From: Lingula anatina
Lineage: Eukaryota > Animalia > Brachiopoda
Reading direction: 5' to 3'
DNA length: 64,000 nt
NCBI GenBank assembly: GCA_051362555.1
Contig: CM120641.1
Coordinates: 3,472,001 to 3,536,000, forward strand
Shown here: one piece after another, positions 12,589-22,935 of the stretch
Numbering within the stretch: position 1 is the first letter of the stretch
Layout of the letters: each line of letters begins with the position of its first letter
Notes under the pieces: model-generated
Databases searched by the model: none
Told to the model about the DNA's origin: nothing
What the model saw: the letters and a program-made list of their open reading frames with translations, nothing else
Position numbers and translations under genes: made by a program

Positions 12589-14083
12589 GCACCATCAATT
12601 CATGACTGAATAAGTTCTAAAAATACAATGAATATTTTAAGCAACCACGGAGTGGAAGAGATGCATGTTTGTGTTCAGCAAACCCAATTCATCAGACAGC
12701 TGAGCTTTTTTCTTATATATACTGATAGAATAACAAAAGTTCCTGTTAATAGGGAGATGTGTCCGATCATTAAAATATCAGAACTTTCTATAAATAGGGA
12801 GAGTTATAGAAAAAATCTACTCTAGTAAGATGCAGGTAAATGACCAGATTTTGTGCCAGAAAAACAGTATGAATGGCAGCAAACATTCCATCCACTGGGT
12901 TTATACAGATTAATAAACCAGCACAGGACACAAATTAATACATGCTATTTTTTAAAGCTCAGCTGGAAGAATTTTATATAATAATGTAAAAAAAGTTATA
13001 AAAATGAGGAACTGGTTTTGTAAAGTGAGCTGCAGTTTTTACAGAACATATTAATGCTACACCGAGTACAAAATCGAGTATTAATTTTACTTGAAACTGC
13101 AATAACATTTGTGTGCAGTCTCAAACCTTTTGTGAGAGAATATAGACACAAAGGTGCCAAGAGTGCACCCGAGCACAGGGAGGACACAAGACAACTATGG
13201 TCACAAATGCCTGAAGAATGGCAAACCGTTTCAAACCCATCTTAATTATACTTAGTGTAGCATTCTAGAGATCCCGTGTGATGTGGTAACGAACACAGCA
13301 GCAAATGATCACAGAGTTGCTTTATATCGCACAAACAAGTACACTTATTTAAGTTGTTGTTGGAACTGACACATGCCAAAATATATTTGATAAATTTCTT
13401 TTGATGTTCAATGTTTGAAACCACTTGGCATCAATTAGTTGGGTTTAGCAGTAGCAATTGGACATGAACTAGCTTCACACGCATCTTAAAATTTACCTTT
13501 TGCGCTTTTCCCAAATAGCCCCATGTTAAAACGCTGATCAGGAAAACTTGAAGCCTCACAGACAAAATCTGTGATCCCCATTATCATTATACCACACAAA
13601 TTATTTTATAAAGATTCTGGAATTAGGTTTTAAAAAATTGACAGGAAAAAAAAAGTTTTGCTGCAAATGGTCAGACAGACGATTAACAATTAAATGTGTT
13701 ATTGGACCTAAACAGTACTGTTATTCACTGCAGTTTCAACAGAACAAGATAAATCTTTAAAGACACAAAAAACCTGTACCAAGAAATGTGGCTTTATTAA
13801 AGCTTTTTGAAAGTTTCTCTACATCAGATCTTCACTTTGTTCAGATTCTAGAAAAGTATGCATGAAGGAACAAATAAAGCTAGTCGAAAACAGATGAGAA
13901 TCTTCTCTCAGAGAATTATGACAAAATTTTGTAAATGAAATAGAAAAAAATTTAACTCGAGATCCTCCTTTCAATAAAAAGATGTCCTGTACTAAACAAT
14001 TACAATTGATTTAGTACATTGTGAAAAATGCACTGCCTGATCAAATTCCTTATATAGAAATTATTTATGACATGATCAGATTC

Positions 14084-16688
14084 CTACAGCTGACCGCAAT
14101 TGTTAATTGCAATTTTTTTGCTGGTCTTGCCACTCTGGCTGCCGAATGCCTCGATCTTGTCGACAACATCCAAGCCTTCTGTTACGGTACCAAACACAAC
14201 GTGCTTGCCATCGAGCCTAAAAAATAAGACAAAACTTTAATACCAACACCACATGTTACAGGTTTATTATTGCTTGCTAATGTTTTTTTTTTTCAATCCA
14301 TATAAACAAAGAACACTCAATGCTGACAAATTAGTGATGACTGTTTATCATGCAAAGCACTTGACAGCAGTGGACAATTTCTCATCTTTATCAAGTAATT
14401 TCAATTAAAAAAAAGTTTTGTAATGATTTTTTGTATTTTATGCAAGTTGTTTATAATTTCAGCAAACAGTTTTTAATCAGATCTTTCTGTCTAGCACAGC
14501 TTAAAAATATACAGACACCAATCAGAGAAAAATTAATAAAATAAACATTAAAATAATATTTACAATAAAAAATTAATCATAAAAAATATAAATAAAAGTT
14601 CATTTTCAAAACTAATATAAATATAGGATCCAGGCAGCGTCACAGATATCCAGGGAATGAGGGTTTCTGAGGTTTAGCCACTGTAATAGGTAGGCAAGTG
14701 GGAATTGATGCGATGACATAGTGGTTAAAATATATACAGACACATGAAGTGTCTGTATACAAAAATTGGACATATTTAAGCAACTTCCACAACAAGAAAG
14801 CCATGTTTATGAACTTCCTCAAAAACCAGTACTTTAAAGCATTGTATTGTATTATAACTATAATTTGGCTGTGTGAATGTAAAATTATACATAGGAAAAG
14901 CAGTCTCAAAATGCAACAATAATTAGATAATTATAAAACAAAATACTTAAATAATTGTCATGTAGTCACTGGTGATATATTATAAAGTGAGAGCAAAATA
15001 AAAAATAACAAGATAACAACAAATACACCATGTTACTAACTTGTATGTACAGTTATTAGTGAAAGCTCAAAGATAAAAGCATAACATGACGAACAGTAGT
15101 GCTAACTGTAGGGAAAAAATTCCCATGTCTTCCAAATAGTTCATATCAAACATGGTCATTGCCAACTTTTAAAAAGAAAGGTGCATATATATATATATAT
15201 TCCATCACCATGCCAAAATAGTTTCAGAGTTATTAATCAAGCTGAAATGAGGCCTCATTCTGTGTTAAAAAGTAAAACATGATAATCTGCATCATACACC
15301 ACAATGTAGCAAACATTTTGGGTCACATTGACGTTAAAATGTTGAGGCTTAACACAAATACCATGCAAGATGAATAACAAATACTGCCACAATTTTTATT
15401 TGGATCCTTTACTACAAAATGGGAACTTTGGTGCAGATTTCACAACATAATGAAAGGAATGACTGTATACATTTTGCCAAGAAACCCCCCCTTATATCAA
15501 GCAACATTGAGGATTTTTGGTCACTTTACCAGCCTGTCTCGACGGTACAGATGAAAAACTGGGAACCATTTGTGTTAGGTCCAGCATTGGCCATGGACAA
15601 AGTTCCTGATTGTAGACATAAAAAGACAAAATATCAATCTCTAAAGTCTATCAATTCAACGCAATCTGTTGTTAATGTCAAATAAGTTCCTTACCATGGT
15701 GTTACAACTGTGCAAATAAAAAACTGAGAACCATTTGTGTGTGGACCTGCATTAGCCATGGACAAACAACCTGAAAGTACATTGTATACCCTGAAATGGT
15801 GATTTCCTTCAAGAAACCAGTCACACTAAAATGCAGTGCATAAGTACAGTTATGGCAAATTAAAACATTTACAAGTGACAGATTAAACAGACAAATAAAT
15901 AGAAATGTTTAAAAAAAATACATATACCAATGTCCTTGTTATAATTATGTAAATGCATACACATGTACATCTATGTTACCATAACATTTTAGCTTCGATA
16001 AACTAATAATGTAATTAGTTTTTTTCCAAGAAAAAGATCAACCATTTAGTGCATAACCAAAGAGATTTGCAGATTCTAGTAGTTACTGTATAATAGGCAG
16101 TGTCAAAATAGAAACAGGAAACATAAAAATTACACAGGAAAAAAAGTAAATTTGTTGTAATATATATAAAACACTACTACAAAATACTTATGCAACTCAA
16201 ACAAGACCACGTGCTAAAGGATAAACCAAATTTACCCCCCCTCACCCCCCAAAAAAAGATTGAAATTGGACCTACTTCCTTTTTTTCTTGGTCATAAATT
16301 TGACTTGTTTACCTGTACCTCCAGTTCATGGAGGTCTGTCAAATTACTTAGTAATGTATTGTGCATTACTGCTGCACACCAAATAGCACAATTTTCCAAA
16401 TGACAGTTAGCAAACAGGATCTAGAGATATGTATAGCAGCACAGAAGGAAAGCAGAAAATACCTGTTCAAATATCTTTTTGCGGGAAATATGAAACAATA
16501 CCCTTTGGTATACCTTTGAGGTACACTATATGGTAGCATGTATTGGGTTTTAGTGTAACTGACTTGACAAGTCAACTAGCATTTTTAAACAGCACATAAC
16601 ATAAGATATTCTGGAATAAAAACCCCAAGCAGTCCCTGGATTCAAATTAATATTTTAAAGAACAGTAACAAGAATTTAAAAAATAAGC

Positions 16689-16733
<45 letters not shown>

Positions 16734-19280
16734 ATCTTGATTTTTCCTGCAGTTAACCATGCAACTGTTCTTTTGCACAAATAGAAACTCTTCCAAACAC
16801 TGAAACAAAGCTTTTGAGAAAAAGTAATAAAAAAAAGTTATTAGGAATCAAATTGCACAATAAGGGCATTATCTTACATGTGATATTCATAAATATTTTA
16901 AAAAAATTATGTGACTCTCCTCGCAACCAGTTAACCTAATCCTCTAATATTTCTGTATGTTGGTAGGAAAATTCTCCTGTAATGAAATGGACATCTTTAC
17001 TGAGAACCTTGAATATGTGCTAGGTGTTTGCTGTAGAGGAATTTCCAACCAGGTACTTAAAAGGTCAAACTTCGCCTGCACAAGCTTCTAAATAGTTGCT
17101 TTACCTTTGCCAGTGTGCTTCAACTGGAAGTTCTCATCTTGAAACTTCTCCCCATAAATGCTCTTGCCACCAGTTCCATTGCCATGGGTAAAATCGCCCC
17201 CTTGGAGCATGAAACCTGGAATGACCCTGTGGAATACGCACCCCTTGTACCCATACCCCTTCTCTCCAGTGCACAGGGCACGGAAGTTCTCTGAAATGAG
17301 CCATAGACTTGCATAAAAAAGACAGTATTCCTGAGCAGTTATTAATAGTTTTACTGGGATATGTGGTAGGCTTAACATAGGCTGCAGAAGAGAAATTCCT
17401 TTCATGTTTAATCTTTCATTTTTTCCAGACTTTTTTCTTTGTGAACTGTAAAAAGACTTAGATGAAAATAAAATTAATTTTATTAAGGGGCAAAAGAAAT
17501 TATGCTTCACACTTAAGATAGCAAATACAATCAGTCCTAAAGGTTGGCAACAGAAACAGCAGCAAAACAAAAGGCAATTGATTTTTGCACATAATGGATA
17601 ATCTTAACTGGTAATGATATTGATCTCTACATATATGTTAGGCAAGATATATAAGCTGCCTAGAAGACTTCCAATATGCCAATGAAATCAACAAACTTTA
17701 GATAACTTTCTTTGTGTATTAAAATGAACAATCACCAACATTATAAGTAAAAAGAATGAGGTGTTATACATGTTCAGCAATGAAGAAATAGATTCAGTAA
17801 CCAAATTAGTAAGCATAGTAAGATAACATCAAATGACATCATTCACTTAGTAGATATGAGTAACCTTTGGGTGTGTTGCAATCCAGTCCTCTTCATAAAA
17901 ATTCAGGAGTGTCAACATGTACATAATAAGTTACCGGCATTATTTTTTCTTTTTTTTTTTTGTAAACTATTTGAAAGAAAGGACTAGGTTTACAATTCTT
18001 CAATGCGATCCTTATGACTATTGGTCCTGAAGGTTTTATGTCTGTGACTGGAGGTTTAAATGTGGTAACATGTCAGTATTTGGTCTTAAAATACCTACCT
18101 GCTGTCTTTGGTACAACATCAGCGCGCAGCTAAAATGAAAAAGAAATGTAATAAATAATTGAACATTTTGCCATAATCATACATGTACTTCAAGAAGAAC
18201 CAAGAGGAACAGCATTTCTCTATCAGAACAGTTCAACCTGTTATCTCAATTTTGATCACTAAATCCTGGTTGATATAAATTTATCAATGGATATCATGTC
18301 ACATACCTCATTCACACTACAGTGTGGAAGTGGATAAGAAGCAAATTTGAAAAAACCCAAATATAATTTGATAATTTTAGTTCTCTTCCATCTTGAAATT
18401 CGTTGTGCACCTTGCTGCATCATTTAGCAAAAAAAGGGGGAAAAATGCTAAAATTTTTAAATATTGTACATTTGTCATGTATCCCAATTTACATTTAAAT
18501 TCATCAAAATGATCCAGAATAGAGTGAGAACAAAGCACACAGACACCTCTCTAAGAGGACCCAGATTAAGTCTTTTTTTTTTGGTAGCATCAGCTAAAAT
18601 ATCTTCACATAAATCTTATTCCACATTGAATTATGTTTGGCTTGTAGAAAAGTAAATAAATAAGTCCATCTTAAATATGTCCAGTTGTTTCTCTTCTCAT
18701 GATGTTTTTTGGAAGAGCAGGGGAATGGGGAAGGTGGCACGTACGGGTCAAGGCAAAAAAACATGGTAAAAATTAGCGACCCCGCCCTTCTAGAAATTAC
18801 GTAACAATTATTAACATAAAAGTATCAGAAATAAATCAGAACTTTCATCCTCGTACTTCTCTCTACCATTTTTATTTCTTAACATTTAATCAAAGTTGTT
18901 ACGACGCAGACCGGTCAAAACACTACGTCAAGGTCAAATAAAGGTCCTTTGTATGCTTGTCTGTTTGCAGTTGTCAATAAAAATAAACATTTCAAAATAT
19001 TGCACTAAATGTTAAAACCTAAAAAAATTTGAAATCACAGTGCACTGCTTCATTAACACAATATCTTTTGGATACATGTAAAATCTAGAGACAATATGAA
19101 GATAACTAAAATGTAACACATTATCAGTCTTTAAAAGACCGGCCGGCAACTACCTTGGTTGTCATTAGATCTACACAAAAGAAATTAACATTTGTTGATT
19201 TCTGACAATACCTCCATGACGATCCTCCCGAGCGCATTGCCGTCGGCACTAACATCAAAGTATACCTTCGGGTTACTCAT
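14084..19280 (-). CDS. PPIA: Cyclophilin-type peptidyl-prolyl cis-trans isomerase (CypA-like), paralog 1; 164 aa; alternative exon 4
   Basis: Exons 19280-19212 ([23 protein letters not shown]), 18129-18099 ([10 protein letters not shown]), 17290-17105 ([35 protein letters not shown]...), exon 4a 15770-15695 or 4b 15605-15530, and 14216-14084 (LDGKHVVFG...NCGQL*). Total 495 nt. Catalytic and cyclosporin-binding residues equivalent to R55, F60, Q63, F113, W121 and H126 are present. Symbol denotes the family, not proven orthology. Confidence 0.93.
15530..15605 (-). CDS. Cyclophilin 1 exon 4b (candidate mutually exclusive exon): [26 protein letters not shown]
   Basis: 76 nt, acceptor ...tatgtctacaatcag, donor TG|GTAAAG, phase 1 to 2, open frame. 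Confidence 0.85.
15695..15770 (-). CDS. Cyclophilin 1 exon 4a (candidate mutually exclusive exon): [26 protein letters not shown]
   Basis: 76 nt, acceptor gtactttcag, donor TG|GTAAGG, phase 1 to 2, open frame. Confidence 0.85.
16692..16731. repeat. (TA)n microsatellite
   Basis: About 20 TA units in cyclophilin 1 intron 3. Confidence 0.95.
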
Positions 19281-19310
19281 GATTACCGTGAGGACGAAAT
19301 TCCAAGGCTG

Positions 19311-19376
19311 GACTAAAAATGAAGAGAAATGTGAACTGCCCTTCTCGAAGGATAAACCCACGTGTGACCTTCCGCA
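19311..19376 (-). promoter_or_regulatory. Proximal promoter or 5' leader of cyclophilin 1
   Basis: CGGAAG (ETS-like), CACGTG E-box at 19359-19364 and pyrimidine tract TTTCTCTTCATTTTTAG about 35-50 nt upstream of the ATG. Confidence 0.45.
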
Positions 19377-20211
19377 TGAGCGCGACGTATTACTACGCGA
19401 ATTAAATTACAATTTGTCATTTATCATGCATTAAATTGGATCCCTTACTCACAAGGATATGTCAATATAATAAATATAATAATATAACAGAAAATTAGGC
19501 TATATGAAGTATATTTAGGTATCAAACGTCATATATCTTGGATCTACTTTTTTTGAAAAAGTAGTCTCATTTTCTCAAGGAAGCTCACATGTACGAATGG
19601 GAGCTCATCCGCTTGGCGTACTATATAGCTAGAACGCTTTGCGGTCTTTGTTAACTTTGTGCAACAATTTACTTGGTGTACGTTAATTTCATTTTGGGTG
19701 ACCCTCTTTAGCGTATAATCTTATCATATTTGTCATTGCAGTGGATCTGTTATCATTAATATATTATACCTAACCTTTTAAACTTAGCTAGCCTATATTT
19801 TGACGAATATTGGCGCCAAGTTGGATCTTTGTGTCCCTTTGTCTTACCTTTGTGCTCAACGGTCAGATTTACGTGACAACAGGAGCGTATTTCGGCATTT
19901 TACTTCCTCGTGTCGCTTAGTCACGTAGATCATAACGTGATCATTTTTAAATATAACTTATTTTGATTTCTTTTTTTTTTGTAGCCTACATATGGAAGTT
20001 TTCAGATGTAGCTGCACCGGTAGGGCCTAGTCACTGCCCCGAAGGGTGGGGGCAACCAAAGTGCACAACTTTGAAAATAAAAGCACGATTCTGAAAAGTT
20101 CTAGTTTTCATTAATTTTTTAATTGTCAGACTAACTGCACCAGAGATTTATAATAAGATCTGTCAAAGGTGCTCAACAAGGGCACCATATCTAATAGAAC
20201 TAAACAATTAA

Positions 20212-20567
20212 AGGGATAATAACTCTTCGTATGAGGTCTATAGGGCCTATTTCACAATAAAAACATTGTGAATAACTCATAGAAATATAACATATTCTGT
20301 TTTACGACAAAAGCAGGAGTTATAGCTATTATTCTGATATCTGAGCTTGTCTTCAGACCACGTAACTTCCATGCTGGCTATACTCGATCTGTATAATCTC
20401 TTAAGAGATTTTAACAAAAAAAAAAAAAAAAAAAAAAAACTTTTAAGAAAAAACAGGGACTAACTTTGAATGTAGAAATGGATTCATTAACCATTGGTAA
20501 GTATGGGAAAATTGTTGTTTACTCCAGGAAAATTAATTTTTTTTGGCCAAAACGAAGAGTTATTATC
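20212..20567. mobile_element. TTAA-target MITE family B, copy 3 (inverted, one end eroded)
   Basis: Reverse complement of 8372-8709. Left end TTAA|AGGGATAATAACTCTTCGT intact; right end stops at ...GAAGAGTTATTATC. Confidence 0.85.
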
Positions 20568-21562
20568 AAGAAGTACTTGCATAGACCGAGAAAATGAGTG
20601 GTGTATAATGTATGCAGAGTGAAACGGGCATCTGCAGATATTGGTGATTTGTGGATGTCTGTAGAGATAACCATTTACAAACACGAGCTTAATTGGTATT
20701 TTATGAGTCACGTACTGGTGTGTAACAGATGTTATATTGGTATGGTTAACGAACCTACATGTATGAGCAGCAGGTGATTCATTAAGGAACGCAAATGTAT
20801 TTAATGGGGATAGCAGGGATTATTGAAACCTTTTTTATGGCTCATTACACGTTCTAGTTTTTTCCCCCATTTAAGTTGTTCAATTGTATATATTTTTCAT
20901 TTATTTTGATTGCCATCCCCTCAAATGATTCCTGATAAGCGTAAATGAGGGTCACGTACACAAGTAACGTGACAGCCTTTTCCAAGAATTATACAAGGCC
21001 CGCCCATACTATACAGTATAAATTGAGGTATAAACTGAATTATTTCGGGACAAGTTTAAAACCCACTACTATCAACGATGTTCAGAAATAAGCTAGTGGC
21101 ATTTCAGAGATAGGCAAACAAGGAATCCAAGGTAAAAAAAAAATAAAAAAAAAAAAAAAACATAGATCACGTTGTTTACTTGTGGATCCAGGGTATTAGA
21201 AAGAAGTAGCGTTTTATAGGTTATCTTTCGAAAAGTTGCCCCACATTTAGAAATGGACACATATGATAACCAGACTAAAGGTTGTTTTTTTTCACTTAAA
21301 TATTTTGAGGGTGGAGAGGAGATGAAGAAGGATTAAGAGGCTGTAAATACCAGCAATATAGGTTAGCGGCAAAACGGAAACCTGTAGTTTTGCTAGACAA
21401 GCAGCAAAAAACTAATTTTGAATACAGATCCTACAAGAGAAAAACGAAGTTCTACAGACCGCCCCAGTTTCTTTTACATCAGCATTTCCCACTGACGTCA
21501 TGTTATACGTGAAGTCATTCAGTTGGCTTCAAGCTACCGTCTTTCGGGTTTAAAAATTGCTC

Positions 21563-21740
21563 CATATCCTTTTAACTGGACGGCGTCCATTCTGCAACCA
21601 TGTGAAAGGAGGCACAAGCATCGCTTTGGGTGCAGAATGAATGCTCAGTGATCGGCCAGTTGTCGGCTTTAATTTTTTTACTCTCAAACGGGGCCGAACT
21701 ACGGGACGCAAAAAGGACGCCGTCCAATGTAAAAGATGTA
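21563..21740. mobile_element. Candidate MITE or fold-back element
   Basis: Inverted ends CTTTTAACTGGACGGCGTCC / GGACGCCGTCCAATGTAAAAG, plus an internal hairpin CATTCTGCA...TGCAGAATG. Single copy in the window. Confidence 0.45.
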
Positions 21741-22935
21741 CAAGCTAGTCCACCGGATATGTTTATTCTTTTTCTTCAGTGGATCTTGGTGAAGCCTTCA
21801 ATGTGGCCTTTCTGCAGCACCAATATTCTAAGTTAAAACCGGAAACGAGTGGTCCCGAAGGAAAAATCATCAATTCTTTTTTTTGGGTGTGTGTGTGTGC
21901 GCGCGCGCGCAATCAAGCAAGGAACATCAATTGATTTTTTACTATATATTCACAGATGTCTCTGGCCATTTTTTAAATCAACGTCTGGACTCGAAACAGA
22001 AATAAAAAATACTGAACATGAAATTAATCCTTGGTGTTTTCCAATACAAATCTCGTACTTCAAAACAGAACAGTGACAATAAACACTGAAAAGATTGTCA
22101 TACTTTTATTTATTATTGACAAACTTCTAAGGCCAATACAGCCAACAGATAACTCCCACTGTCATGGCTGTATTACCAATATTTGCATCCGTGTTGACTG
22201 AAATATATAATCCACGAAAAAAAAAAAGCAAAATAAATTTGATCCGTGACTATAGATGAATTTCAAATTTTGTTTCATTCAAAGATATGTATGATGTCAA
22301 GCAACTTCTGGTATCATTGTCTCAATGCACCTGTCATTCTTCTTAAGTGTTGTGATAAAGCAATTTCATGAACAATATTGCAGAGACGAGTGTTTGTTCC
22401 GTGGTTCAGCATGCCCTGACAAAACAGTATTTTTAAAATGTTTTAAGAAATTTGTGCCAATGCAACATAATCTTATTTTGTAAAATTTTTATATCACTTA
22501 CACAGCTACAAAAAGTGTTCACATCATTGGTTTATTTAACAAGCTGTCAAATTTCTGCTTCCAAGGTACAAAAGCACAGTTTCGATTTTAGACTACATGC
22601 ACAACCTGAAATAAAAATTAGAATAAATATAAAAATAAATGTCAAGAAAACTCAAAAAGATATGACATTTACAAAATTTACTTGTGAATTCAACACCAGA
22701 ATGTTTAACATATGCATAAGATAACACATAAAAAACACAAACTTTAACGGTCTTAATTCTCCCATTTTAATCATTGTAAACTACTGAAAGCAGCTAAATT
22801 GGACAAATACTGGCCCCATTTTCCTCAAAAATTACCAATTATAAAAAATAGAGACTTTTTATGCTTAAAGTACATATAATTACAAGAATTAAAAGTCAAG
22901 AAGCTTTTATAAACAAAGGGTTCAATATTTACCTT

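Noticed and set aside
17770-17846. Possible intronic C/D snoRNA (ATGATGT ... CTGA ... CTGA on the minus strand) in cyclophilin 1 intron 2
   Set aside because: Imperfect C box, no convincing terminal stem and no recognisable rRNA-complementary guide; such motifs are common in AT-rich DNA.
19281-19420. Mitochondrial presequence extension (PPIF/CypD-like) upstream of cyclophilin 1
   Set aside because: The frame is open to 19406 but has no ATG; the upstream ATGs at 19377 and about 19420 are out of frame.
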